A program made the position numbers and the translations under genes. DNA of 61,148 nucleotides from Minisyncoccota bacterium (GTDB lineage Bacteria; Patescibacteriota; Minisyncoccia; Phycocordibacterales; UBA2100). The DNA lies in NCBI GenBank assembly GCA_035559235.1, contig DATMBM010000014.1:1-61148 (forward strand), given 5' to 3'. Below are positions 9,239-17,791 of the stretch, piece by piece. The notes beneath the pieces are model-generated. The model was not told the origin of the DNA, did no database searches, and was given only the letters and a program-made list of their open reading frames with translations. Every line of letters begins with the position of its first letter. Position 1 is the stretch's first letter.

Positions 9239-10384
9239 GTGTTTACATTCAAAATACTCAAGCAGTCGAAAAGAAGCCGCGCCCGCCTCGGCGTGATCCG
9301 TACACCGCACGGAGAAATTGAGACGCCGGCATTCGTCCCCGTCGCAACCCGCGGTACCGTCCGCACGCTCGATTCAGATGAAGTAGCAAACACGGGCTCC
9401 CAGGTCCTCATTTGCAACACGTTCCATTTGCACATCGCGCCGGGAGAAAAGGTCATCAAAAAGGCAGGTGGCTTGCACCGCTACATGCACTGGGGCGGTC
9501 CGCTCATGACCGACAGCGGCGGATTCCAGGTGTATAGCCTCGGTTTCGGAAGCGATCACGGAATCGGCAAGGTGCTCAAGGATGAACAGGAAAAAATACT
9601 GAAAGAGGGTTCGCAACCGCATGCCGTCAAAATAACCGACGACGGCGTGTTCTTCCGTTCCCCCATCGACGGCACACAGCTGTTTTTCTCGCCAAAGGAA
9701 TCGGTGAGGATCCAAGAGGCACTCGGCGCTGATATTATTTTCGCGTTTGACGAATGCCCGTCGCCGCTTGCCGACGAAGCGTACATGCGCACATCGCTCG
9801 AGAAGACGCATCGCTGGGCCGCAGAATCATTGCGCGCTCGCAAAAACGCCGGGAAACAAGCAATGTACGGTATCGTGCAAGGCGGCGTTTTCGCTTCGCT
9901 GCGGCTCGAGAGCGCGCGCGTCATCGGCGGGATGGATTTCGAGGGTTTCGGCTTTGGCGGCGAATTCGGGTACGACAAGCGTACGATGAAAAAAGTCATT
10001 GCCCAGGTAACCGACGAGTTGCCCGCGTACAAGCCGCGACACATCCTCGGTATCGGTCACCCGGAGGATTTTGCAATCATCGCATCGGCAGGCGGCGATA
10101 CATTTGACTGTATCGCACCGACACACTACGCGCGTCGCGGTATCGTCTTCACTTCAAAGGGCCGCATCGATGTACGCCGTGCACGATACGAGAAAGATGT
10201 TCACGTACCGCTCGATCGCTCGTGTCGTTGCGATGTGTGCAAGAACTATAGCCGCGGCTATGTAGCAAGTCTGATTCGAGCTAAAGAGCTGAGCGGCATG
10301 AAGCTTGCGACCTATCATAATCTCCACTACTTCAACACGCTCGCATCCACTATTCGGAAGCGGATAAAAAATGGTGATCTCTAA
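9239..10384 (+). CDS. tgt: queuine tRNA-ribosyltransferase (tRNA-guanine transglycosylase)
   Basis: GTG start. ARLGVIRTPHGEIETPAFVPV, TDSGGFQVYSL, FAFDECP and the Zn motif CRCDVCKNYSRGYV...H. Confidence 0.9.
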   Translation: MFTFKILKQSKRSRARLGVIRTPHGEIETPAFVPVATRGTVRTLDSDEVANTGSQVLICNTFHLHIAPGEKVIKKAGGLHRYMHWGGPLMTDSGGFQVYSLGFGSDHGIGKVLKDEQEKILKEGSQPHAVKITDDGVFFRSPIDGTQLFFSPKESVRIQEALGADIIFAFDECPSPLADEAYMRTSLEKTHRWAAESLRARKNAGKQAMYGIVQGGVFASLRLESARVIGGMDFEGFGFGGEFGYDKRTMKKVIAQVTDELPAYKPRHILGIGHPEDFAIIASAGGDTFDCIAPTHYARRGIVFTSKGRIDVRRARYEKDVHVPLDRSCRCDVCKNYSRGYVASLIRAKELSGMKLATYHNLHYFNTLASTIRKRIKNGDL

Positions 10385-10391
10385 ATAGCGA

Positions 10392-10417
10392 GCGGGCGAG
10401 GCCTCGGCCTCGCCCGC
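10392..10417. terminator. GC-rich palindromic hairpin between convergent tgt and lipoprotein genes
   Basis: GCGGGCGAGGCC-TC-GGCCTCGCCCGC perfect inverted repeat. Confidence 0.5.
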
Positions 10418-10591
10418 AAATCATCTAATGATGGTGGCAGAGCTTACGCTTACGCGACAGTCGTGGCGCCGGCGTCATGCACCGAATTGCGATGCCTTCC
10501 CATTTCGCCGCGCTTGCGGCTGCTTCGTTTCGCGACGCTTCCGCGTGTGCGACTGCAACATGCATCGACGCCACCTTTTCGGTCGCTGTGG

Positions 10592-11170
10592 CTATGTCGA
10601 CATGCAGAGCGGCCAGCTCACCCTCAAGCGAAGCGATTTTTTCTCCGACGCCTGCATTTCAGCCCTTGCTGATACGAGATCAGCACGGAGGACGCTGCAC
10701 GGGTCGACCGAGATCGCAGCCTGCTGCTCTCGATCGTTTGGCCTTCGCACCCCGGCTCGCTCGCGTTCTTTTGCAAGCGCCTTTTCCACCGCACGAAGGC
10801 GCGCAATCACGGTGTTGAGCTCGGCCATGACGGCTTCACGCGCCCGCCTTTCGTTGTCTCGCTCGTTGATGGTCGCTTCCCGAGCAGCCTTTTCATCATC
10901 GCGTTCCTTGACTGCGGTAATTACCTTCCGCGCGAGCTCTCCGTTTGACTTGTACAGTCGATTCAAATTTTCGGCTTGTTCCGTAAGCTCGTGATCCAGA
11001 CGAGCCACTCTCATTTGCAGGTCTGAATTTTCCGCCTCAAGTCTTTCCTGGGTCTTCAGAGCTGTTGCCAGTTTTGTCTCCACCTCGTCGACGGCTACCT
11101 TCATGTGGGACTCAGTGACTAAACAGCCGCTCAGGCTGAGTGCTAGAATGGTGGGCAGCAAAAAGCGCAT
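10592..11170 (-). CDS. coiled-coil lipoprotein
   Basis: Lipobox LALSLSGC, then heptad-rich Glu/Arg/Ala sequence. GGAGGAG SD 8 nt upstream. Confidence 0.6.
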   Translation of the reverse strand: MRFLLPTILALSLSGCLVTESHMKVAVDEVETKLATALKTQERLEAENSDLQMRVARLDHELTEQAENLNRLYKSNGELARKVITAVKERDDEKAAREATINERDNERRAREAVMAELNTVIARLRAVEKALAKERERAGVRRPNDREQQAAISVDPCSVLRADLVSARAEMQASEKKSLRLRVSWPLCMST

Positions 11171-11244
11171 TGACTTCTCCTCCTCGTGAAGGGGCTATCG
11201 CCCACTGCGGCCACTCTAGCGCAGCCGTATCCTTTGCGCAAAAT

Positions 11245-11273
11245 GGACCCCGGGTTCACAGAACCCGGGGTCC
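11245..11273 (-). terminator. intrinsic terminator after the 11283-11603 gene
   Basis: Perfect 13-bp stem GGACCCCGGGTTC-ACA-GAACCCGGGGTCC. A T4 tract follows on the minus strand. Confidence 0.6.
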
Positions 11274-11282
11274 CTATCGCCC

Positions 11283-11603
11283 TTAGGCCGCGTTTGAGCG
11301 CGAAGTCTCTTCCACTTGCTCCGGAGGCTGCGTTGTCTCGCTGCGAGCGCGTGAGGCATTCAAGAACTCGTCGGCGTACTTTTGGAGACGCTCAACGCGT
11401 GCCAGAATTTCTTTCGTCTCGGGATCGGCTTTTTCAATGAGTTCGGCGATTTCATTGACGCGACGCGTCAATGCTTTATCGGCGCGCTCTTGACGCCACA
11501 TTTTGAATGCTCGGAACCAGTGCGGTACGCGATAGGCAATTGCTATCACGCATAAAAGAATACTGATTGCAACGACATCCACTATGGTCGGTAGCAGCGA
11601 CAT
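11283..11603 (-). CDS. small single-TM protein with helical cytoplasmic tail
   Basis: 106 aa. N-terminal TM (LLPTIVDVVAISILLCVIAIAY). GGGAG SD 8 nt upstream. Confidence 0.5.
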   Translation of the reverse strand: MSLLPTIVDVVAISILLCVIAIAYRVPHWFRAFKMWRQERADKALTRRVNEIAELIEKADPETKEILARVERLQKYADEFLNASRARSETTQPPEQVEETSRSNAA

Positions 11604-11668
11604 TTGTTTGCTCCCTAGCTTGTCGAACCGACATCATCCTACGCAACTGCACTAAATGCGCAAGTGAA

Positions 11669-12220
11669 CTATCCACCGAGGAGCGAAATTGATCCGAGAC
11701 CGACAATTGAGTTGAAGAGTGCATTTCCTACAAATACGATCGGTACGACGGAGTGTGAGCGGTACCCCAGGAGCCCCAGTGGAATAAGAACGACTTCGGT
11801 TGGAATCGGCACAAATGCGGCAAAGAGCGCGAGAAGGACTAGTGGCAGCCAGTGTTGCCGTTTCTCCGCTCTTCGCAATATACGGGCGACCACAGTCTGC
11901 GTTTCGGTCAGGTGTACGCGCCCAAGCCTTGCAAGAAAATATGCAGCACAATCAGCGATGGTCATGCCGAGCGAGATCACGGCAATCGCAAAATATGGAT
12001 TGAGACCAGCGGCAACAAGCGCGGGCACGAATGAAGCCGTAACGATCGGTACGACGATATTGAAGCCGTTAATGATTGAAAAGAGAAAAACGCCGAGGTA
12101 CCCTCCGCTCGTTATGAGGTTTTGCACTGCCGCGTTCTCGTTGGCAATTGATCCAAGCCAAAAGGCGGTGGCAAGCGTTGCAGCAAGAAAGACAAGCCGC
12201 AGCAGCGATTTCACTTTCAT
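11669..12220 (-). CDS. DedA/VTT-domain family membrane protein
   Basis: Start moved to MKVKSLL. The longer ORF would overlap the divergent HAD gene. GGYLGVFLFSIINGFNIVVPIV...ISLGMTIADCAAYFLARLG resembles DedA. Confidence 0.65.
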   Translation of the reverse strand: MKVKSLLRLVFLAATLATAFWLGSIANENAAVQNLITSGGYLGVFLFSIINGFNIVVPIVTASFVPALVAAGLNPYFAIAVISLGMTIADCAAYFLARLGRVHLTETQTVVARILRRAEKRQHWLPLVLLALFAAFVPIPTEVVLIPLGLLGYRSHSVVPIVFVGNALFNSIVGLGSISLLGG

Positions 12221-12290
12221 CGCCCTATTGTGCCATATCCAGGGATGCGATAGTGTTGGCTTCGGTGGGTCGATTGAAAAGAGGTTACCT

Positions 12291-12932
12291 ATGAGCACGC
12301 TCAAGCACGCGAAGCTCCTCCTCATCGACTGGAGCGAAGTTATCAGCGATGACCGACTGCCTGTGTACGAGGCCAATTCACGCATGATGGAACATCATGG
12401 GCTGAGACGTCTTCCGTATGGAGAATGGCTCCCGCTTACCGGAAGTATGGATTCATTTCGAAAATTCTTCGCCGATCGAGGTGTTGAATTTGACGAAAAG
12501 AGCCTGTACGAGTTCTATTAGCGAATGCTCGAGACGGTACTCCAGAGCGGCCTACGCCCGAAAATTTATCCGCTCGCTGTTAAATTTCTCGCGAGTATTT
12601 CGTCAAAGCGTACGGTTGTGATTATCAGCAGCCACCCGCAGACATTTCTCGAGCGTGAGTCACTTGGATATGATTTGAACGGACACATCCACCAATTGTG
12701 CGGAAGCGTGTGTGATAAAGCCGGGATCATCACGCAAATGTGCACAGATTACGGACTCGCGCCGTCTTACGCTGTGTATGTGGGAGACATGATATCTGAT
12801 GTACGCGCTGCAAAACACGCCGGCGTTTGTATGGCCGCAATTACGACTGGCTATCATTCGCGCGAGCAGCTCACCGCCGAGAATCCAGACATCGTTGTTG
12901 ACTCGCTCACTGAACTGCTTAAACACCTGTAG
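12291..12932 (+). pseudogene. HAD-superfamily phosphatase interrupted by one in-frame TAG (12519-12521)
   Basis: The N-terminal part (LLLIDWSEVISDD, motif I-like) and the C-terminal part (VIISSHP; DKAG; VGDMISDVRAA) are in the same frame, separated only by TAG. AGAGG SD before ATG 12291. Confidence 0.55.
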
Positions 12933-12964
12933 CACATGGTAGCCGTCGCAGCGAACCGCGACAG

Positions 12965-13927
12965 CTACTTCTTTTGCGCGATTCCATTCAAAATCTTTCT
13001 CACGTGCGCAATTGATTCATCATCAATGACTGAGAGGCTGATTGCATTCTTGTTCAGTTTCTTAAGCTGTCGTAGTTTCGCCGCTGCGTCCTTCTCTCCC
13101 ACCATGTCAGCCTTCGACAGGAGAAGCTGCTCGTCCTTTTCGAGAAGCGCCGGATTATATTTTTTCAGTTCCTCGCGGACAGTCCGGTAATCCCGTACGA
13201 CATCGTCGCTTTCAGCCGACACCAGGTGGAAAATGGCACGTGTCCGCTCGATGTGCCGAAGAAATTTGTCGCCAAGCCCCTTTCCTTCCGATGCACCCTC
13301 GATGAGTCCCGGGATATCCGCGATGATGAGCCCATAATGCGCTCCAAGATTCGGCTCCAGCGTGGTAAAGGCGTAGTTTCCGATCTTTGAATGCGCTCCC
13401 GTGAGTGCGTTCAGGAGCGACGACTTGCCCGCATTGGGGAGGCCGACGAGCCCGACATCGGCAATCATCTTCAATTCCAGGCGGAACGAAAAACTCTCGC
13501 CGGGCTGGCCCTCTTCCGCTTCGGTTGGCGTCGTGTTGGTCGATGCGCGGAAATGGAAATTACCTCTCCCGCGATAACCGCCATGCGCCACCATGATTTG
13601 CTCTCCGACGGAAGTGATTTCGCGCACCTCGCCCGTATCAAGATTCGTCGCGACCGTCCCAACCGGCACCTTCAAAATCAGATCTTTCCCGCGCTCACCG
13701 TCGCGCAATTTCGTCGTCCCGGGCTTCCCGTCGCCGGCCTTGAATTCTTTGTTGAACTTGAATTGTTGGAGCGCAGAAATGTCGTTGACGCCCTCAAGGT
13801 AGACGTCGCCGCCGGGGCCACCGTTGCCGCCAGTCGGCCCCAAATGCATCGGCGTGCGGTTGAAGCCCACGATTCCCGGCCCTCCATCGCCGCCGGAGAG
13901 GCGTACTGTCACGTCATCGACAAGCAT
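12965..13927 (-). CDS. obg: GTPase Obg/CgtA (short form, no C-terminal extension)
   Basis: Obg fold glycine repeats (GGDGGPG, GGNGGPGG), G1 GLPNAGKSSLL, DIPGLIEGA. Confidence 0.9.
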   Translation of the reverse strand: MLVDDVTVRLSGGDGGPGIVGFNRTPMHLGPTGGNGGPGGDVYLEGVNDISALQQFKFNKEFKAGDGKPGTTKLRDGERGKDLILKVPVGTVATNLDTGEVREITSVGEQIMVAHGGYRGRGNFHFRASTNTTPTEAEEGQPGESFSFRLELKMIADVGLVGLPNAGKSSLLNALTGAHSKIGNYAFTTLEPNLGAHYGLIIADIPGLIEGASEGKGLGDKFLRHIERTRAIFHLVSAESDDVVRDYRTVREELKKYNPALLEKDEQLLLSKADMVGEKDAAAKLRQLKKLNKNAISLSVIDDESIAHVRKILNGIAQKK

Positions 13928-13933
13928 CTGCCG

Positions 13934-13942
13934 ATACTAGCA
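13934..13942 (-). promoter_or_regulatory. extended -10 (TGCTAGTAT) 6 nt upstream of the obg ATG; leaderless-type promoter
   Basis: The minus strand reads TGC TAGTAT CGGCAG ATG. No SD. Confidence 0.5.
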
Positions 13943-13953
13943 CACAGGCAATC

Positions 13954-14373
13954 CTATTCGACAATGTTAGCGAGACGGCTCCAGCTGCCGCTCCAGCCAT
14001 GTTCGTGCATCCCCTTGATCTCATCGTTCGCAAACCCGGAGTGCTCAAAAACCATTTCCGTTTTGCCGCCACGGTCCTTGAATTCCACCGTAACGAGCGT
14101 TTCCTTGCCCATGGCGCCGTCAGGTCCGCCCTGTTCCCACTGCCACGTCATGACCAGCCGCGTCGGCCGCTTGATTTCCTTAAAGACGCCGCGAAGCGGG
14201 TGCGTTTCGCCGTTTGGCGCATGCATCGTAAGTCGATATGAACCGCCTTCGCGCGCATCAAATTCGTGGATGGTATTGGTAAAGCCTTCGGGTCCGTGCC
14301 ACTTTTCTGCAAGTTTCGGATCGACCCATGTATTAAACACGTCTTCGACCGGTGCGTTGAACGTCCTGGTCAT
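13954..14373 (-). CDS. SRPBCC/AHSA1 (Aha1-like) domain protein
   Basis: TRTFNAPVEDVFNTWVDPKLAEKWHGPEGFT...VMTWQWE pattern. Sits downstream of an ArsR regulator, a common pairing. Confidence 0.8.
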   Translation of the reverse strand: MTRTFNAPVEDVFNTWVDPKLAEKWHGPEGFTNTIHEFDAREGGSYRLTMHAPNGETHPLRGVFKEIKRPTRLVMTWQWEQGGPDGAMGKETLVTVEFKDRGGKTEMVFEHSGFANDEIKGMHEHGWSGSWSRLANIVE

Positions 14374-14395
14374 CTTAAGTGAAATATCTGTTATA

Positions 14396-14749
14396 TTATT
14401 TTTTCCTTTTATTGAGTAATGCTTCTAATCTGTTAAAGCTCCCTTCCCAGTACGCCCGCTGGGATTGAAGCCATTGCTCTGCCGCATCGAAGCCGTTGCG
14501 GTCGACTGAAAAAAAGCGGGCGCGCCCGAGCTTTTCATGCCTGACGAATCCGCCCCGCTCCAGGATGTGCATGTGCTTGAGTGCCGCCGGAAGAGATATG
14601 CCGTATGGCCGAGCGACTTCGCTGAGTGGCATCCTGCCGTGGCGTGAGAGTCGCTCGATCATGTTGCGGCGAATGGGGGTCCCGAGGGCCCGAAAGATTC
14701 GGTCGGTTTGACTGACCCTGGTGGCGCGACGCGCTGAACTTGTGTTCAT
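14396..14749 (-). CDS. ArsR/SmtB-family winged-helix transcriptional regulator
   Basis: IFRALGTPIRRNMIERLSRHGRMPLSEVARPYGISLPAALKHMHILERGGFV. Start set at MNTSS because a 10-4-10 palindrome abuts this ATG. Confidence 0.8.
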   Translation of the reverse strand: MNTSSARRATRVSQTDRIFRALGTPIRRNMIERLSRHGRMPLSEVARPYGISLPAALKHMHILERGGFVRHEKLGRARFFSVDRNGFDAAEQWLQSQRAYWEGSFNRLEALLNKRKK

Positions 14750-14773
14750 ATACTTAACCATTAGGTTAAGTAT
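14750..14773. promoter_or_regulatory. candidate ArsR operator (perfect 10-4-10 inverted repeat)
   Basis: ATACTTAACC-ATTA-GGTTAAGTAT lies immediately upstream of the arsR-like ATG and contains TATACT on the coding strand. Confidence 0.5.
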
Positions 14774-14881
14774 ATGCAATCGTATGAACGAGCGCAAGGG
14801 CCCTGTGTATAACACAATACATCACGACGTCCGTCGAACGGCCACTGTAATGTTCTGATTGCACCGACGCGAAAAGAGATG

Positions 14882-15922
14882 TTAACTGTCTCGCACCGAT
14901 TCCGCGTATATGGACAAAAGAGCGGCGAGCAGGCTGAGGGAAAGCGGCCCCAGAAAAATACCAATGGGCCCAAACAGTGCGATGCCTCCGAGGACCGCCA
15001 CAAGCACAAGCAGCGGATGCAATTTTATGCCCGAGCCGATGAGCCTCGGCCCGAGAAAATTGTCGACAAGGCCGACCGCGGTGAATCCCCAGACGGTCAG
15101 TCCGAGCGCCGGAATAAATGAACCGGTCAAGAGCATGTATCCGACGATCGGGATAAACACGAGCCCAGTTCCCACTCCCGGCAGCATTGCGCCAAATGCC
15201 GCGAGCGTGCCCCAGAGCGCCGCATACGGGACACCGAAGATACAGAAACCGATGCCGCTCATCGTGCCCTGGATGAGCGCAATCAGTATGTTGCCGCGCA
15301 CGACCGAATTCACCGCGAGGCCAAGACGCTCGAAAATATGCCGGTCATCAATGTCCCGCAACGGGCTGATCTCGATGATCCACCGCCGAAAGCCTTCGCC
15401 GTCCTTTAGGAAGTAGAAGAACGCGATGAGGAAGATAAAAAAGCTCAGGACAAACGAGGCAATGCCGGAAAAGGCGCCGCCGGCATGGCTGATAAACCAG
15501 CTAAGTGCCGTTTCAGCGTACGCCGACAGGTTCGTCGAAAGTGTTCCAGAAAAATTTCGCACGCCAGGCACATAGCGCTGCACCGCCTCTTCAAGCGATT
15601 GGATGGTCGAGGCGATCCATGCCCGCCCTTCGCCGGTGATGAGTGTTGCATACACATCGCGCGCTTCTCCTGCGACATACGTGACGATGAGCGCAATCGG
15701 CATGACGACAAGCATGAGGGTGAGGAGTATCGTCAAGAGCGCCGCAATGCCCCGCCACCGCACGGAGCGCAGCAAGAACTGGTACGCGGGTTGCACGACG
15801 ACCGCACCGATCGCTCCAAGGAGAACTGGGGTCAGGAGCGGCAGCACGATAAAAAATGCAAGCGCAACCATCCCGACAATTAATGCGAGGAGAAAGTATC
15901 GTCCGGCAGGCGTGTCAGTCAT
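14882..15922 (-). CDS. AI-2E family transporter (PerM/UPF0118)
   Basis: Multi-TM ORF with the typical AI-2E layout. Start set at MTDTPAGRYF because TGCTACGCT lies 7 nt upstream and longer versions overlap the upstream gene. Confidence 0.8.
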   Translation of the reverse strand: MTDTPAGRYFLLALIVGMVALAFFIVLPLLTPVLLGAIGAVVVQPAYQFLLRSVRWRGIAALLTILLTLMLVVMPIALIVTYVAGEARDVYATLITGEGRAWIASTIQSLEEAVQRYVPGVRNFSGTLSTNLSAYAETALSWFISHAGGAFSGIASFVLSFFIFLIAFFYFLKDGEGFRRWIIEISPLRDIDDRHIFERLGLAVNSVVRGNILIALIQGTMSGIGFCIFGVPYAALWGTLAAFGAMLPGVGTGLVFIPIVGYMLLTGSFIPALGLTVWGFTAVGLVDNFLGPRLIGSGIKLHPLLVLVAVLGGIALFGPIGIFLGPLSLSLLAALLSIYAESVRDS

Positions 15923-15974
15923 TGCGTGAAGCGTAGCAGGCGCATTCGAAGACGACAAGACCGCATCGGTTTTT

Positions 15975-16637
15975 CTAAAAAGCGTTTTCTTCGAATGGAC
16001 TCTCCGTGCAGAGCTTTTGTAGTCGGACATTGTCGTCCGTCGTGCCTTCGAGCACGTAATATTCACGCGGGATGTTTGCGAGCGAGATCAGCGTCTGAAG
16101 GTCGGCTTTTTGCATGTCCGCGGGTGACGGGAAGTTTTCTTTTGGATTGGTGATCATGACGGGGCTCTCGGGCGAAATTCCGAGACCAGCCTCAGTTCCA
16201 GGACCCAGCGCGATGATCTTTCCGCTCTCCACATTTACCACGGCATGGCTCTGGCAACCGGTGCCGCCCGCCTCGCCTTGACGGCCGAGTCGAGGCGGGC
16301 ATCCCCATTGCGCGACCGCATACTTCCCGGCGAAATTTGGTCCCGCTGCGACGGCCTCATTGATCGCGGTCCTGAAATTCGCGGCCTGCGTCAGTGGAGT
16401 ATTTTCGTAATCCACGTCTGCAATCGGTCCCGTGTACAACTCGCGGTTCTTGGCTTCTTCTGGATGAGCCTCTTCCCATTTCGCGAGCACGCGTTCGCAG
16501 CTTGACCGAGCGTCAAAAACGCTTAGCGTGCTCCCGCCCATCACGTAATTTATATAAAGGCCTTCGGCAAGAACGACTACTGAGCAGACCGCGAGCAGGA
16601 TTTTGGCGCCCGGAGAGAGGTTAAAAAAAGAATGCAT
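15975..16637 (-). CDS. membrane-anchored hypothetical protein
   Basis: 220 aa, N-terminal TM. TAGTAT-GCGGCG-ATG leaderless-type promoter. Confidence 0.6.
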   Translation of the reverse strand: MHSFFNLSPGAKILLAVCSVVVLAEGLYINYVMGGSTLSVFDARSSCERVLAKWEEAHPEEAKNRELYTGPIADVDYENTPLTQAANFRTAINEAVAAGPNFAGKYAVAQWGCPPRLGRQGEAGGTGCQSHAVVNVESGKIIALGPGTEAGLGISPESPVMITNPKENFPSPADMQKADLQTLISLANIPREYYVLEGTTDDNVRLQKLCTESPFEENAF

Positions 16638-16812
16638 CGCCGCATACTACGCTGTGCGACTGGTGCGGTCAATCGGCGACGGTACCGGCGCTGGGACGGG
16701 GTTTCTCGAGGGAGGATCGGCCTCATCCGGGAGGCCGGATGGCTCGTCCTCGCCCAACAGGTCACTGGTCCACATACGGCAATTTTAGCACCCAAACCTG
16801 CGGTACCGCCGC

Positions 16813-17349
16813 CTACCACCCCGTGTGCGTCTTTAAAAATTCCTTCTCTTCGGGCGTGGATTCCCTCCCTAAGACTGCGTTGCGATGCGGGTAGCGACCA
16901 AACCGGTCGATGACGCGCTTGTGTTGGATCTCGTATCGTAGAGCCTCGAAATTGAGGGATTTTAAAAAGAGCCAGAGGGCCTTTCGATGCGCATTCCGCG
17001 ACTCGCTGTGCATAAACGGCATGTACAGAAACTGCCGCATGTGTCGCGGGAGCCGGGCGTCGGCGCCTGCGCGGATCGCTTCTTCAGCGAGTTCCAAAGC
17101 GCGCCCATCGGCCGCGAACGCTTCAGGACTTCCCCGGAACATGTTGCGCGCGAATTGGTCGAGCACGATTATTTCGGCAAGACGCCCTTCAGGAGTGGCG
17201 CGCCACTGCGCGGTCTCCCCCGCGAGGATCGCGCGATAGGTCCCCAAAAATCGGTCGCGGATCGTCGCATCAAACGCCTCATCCTTCGAAAACCGCTGCT
17301 TCGGCGTACTTTCCACAAACCAAAAATTGAGCACTGCCTGGGGCGACAT
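16813..17349 (-). CDS. DUF924 family protein
   Basis: FWF...KDEAFDATIRDRF...LAEIIVLDQFARNMFRGSPEAFA...FLYMPFMHSE matches the DUF924 pattern. Confidence 0.8.
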   Translation of the reverse strand: MSPQAVLNFWFVESTPKQRFSKDEAFDATIRDRFLGTYRAILAGETAQWRATPEGRLAEIIVLDQFARNMFRGSPEAFAADGRALELAEEAIRAGADARLPRHMRQFLYMPFMHSESRNAHRKALWLFLKSLNFEALRYEIQHKRVIDRFGRYPHRNAVLGRESTPEEKEFLKTHTGW

Positions 17350-17596
17350 GCGAATATTGTAGCAAAATGCGCCGCGCGCCTTCTGGCGCGCGGCGATTTT
17401 TTTTACGTTCTGCGTTCCTCATACCGACCGTATATCTGATCGTGTTGCATTGCCCCCAAGCCCCAAGTGCCGCAATAGCGAGACCGGTTATTGCAAGCGT
17501 CCACGCCATGGTATCGCCTGCGAGACCCAATAATGCAAGCACGATGACCCACAAGCCGAGAAGCGCATTAATCCACTGTTGCCACATACGCGTCAT
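17279..17596 (-). CDS. small 2-TM membrane protein; 3' end doubtful
   Basis: MTRMWQQWINALLGLWVIVLALLGLAGDTMAWTLAITGLAIAALGAWG. The annotated frame runs through the terminator hairpin and 71 nt into the DUF924 gene. Confidence 0.35.
   Translation of the reverse strand: MTRMWQQWINALLGLWVIVLALLGLAGDTMAWTLAITGLAIAALGAWGQCNTIRYTVGMRNAERKKNRRAPEGARRILLQYSHVAPGSAQFLVCGKYAEAAVFEG
17356..17364 (-). promoter_or_regulatory. extended -10 (TGCTACAAT) 6 nt upstream of the DUF924 ATG
   Basis: The minus strand reads TGC TACAAT ATTCGC ATG. Confidence 0.5.
17371..17404. terminator. strong bidirectional intrinsic terminator
   Basis: GCCGCGCGCC-TTCT-GGCGCGCGGC 10-bp stem flanked by T8 (plus strand) and an A8/T4 context (minus strand). 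Confidence 0.7.
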
Positions 17597-17714
17597 GCGA
17601 CTAATCGTACTAATCGACCTTTGCAACCAAGGATGCACTGCGCGCGTAAATGCGGGGTGAAGCGCGACGATGCGTATTTCGTAATACAACGTTATCACCA
17701 CGAAAGTTGTTTAA

Positions 17715-17722
17715 TTCATGAA
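17715..17722. promoter_or_regulatory. TTCATGAA palindrome, copy 1 (77 nt upstream of HK1 start)
   Basis: Exact 8-mer. Extended TTCATGAATCATTCA is shared with copy 2. Confidence 0.3.
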
Positions 17723-17791
17723 TCATTCACTTTCGTGATGCACAATCTTGGAAATGCGCATGACCACACCTAACACAGCGACGGACTTGCT

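Noticed and set aside
8713-9459. 248-aa minus-strand ORF spanning usg-like, its terminator and the tgt start
   Set aside because: It crosses a terminator and two well-supported plus-strand genes, and has no recognisable domain.
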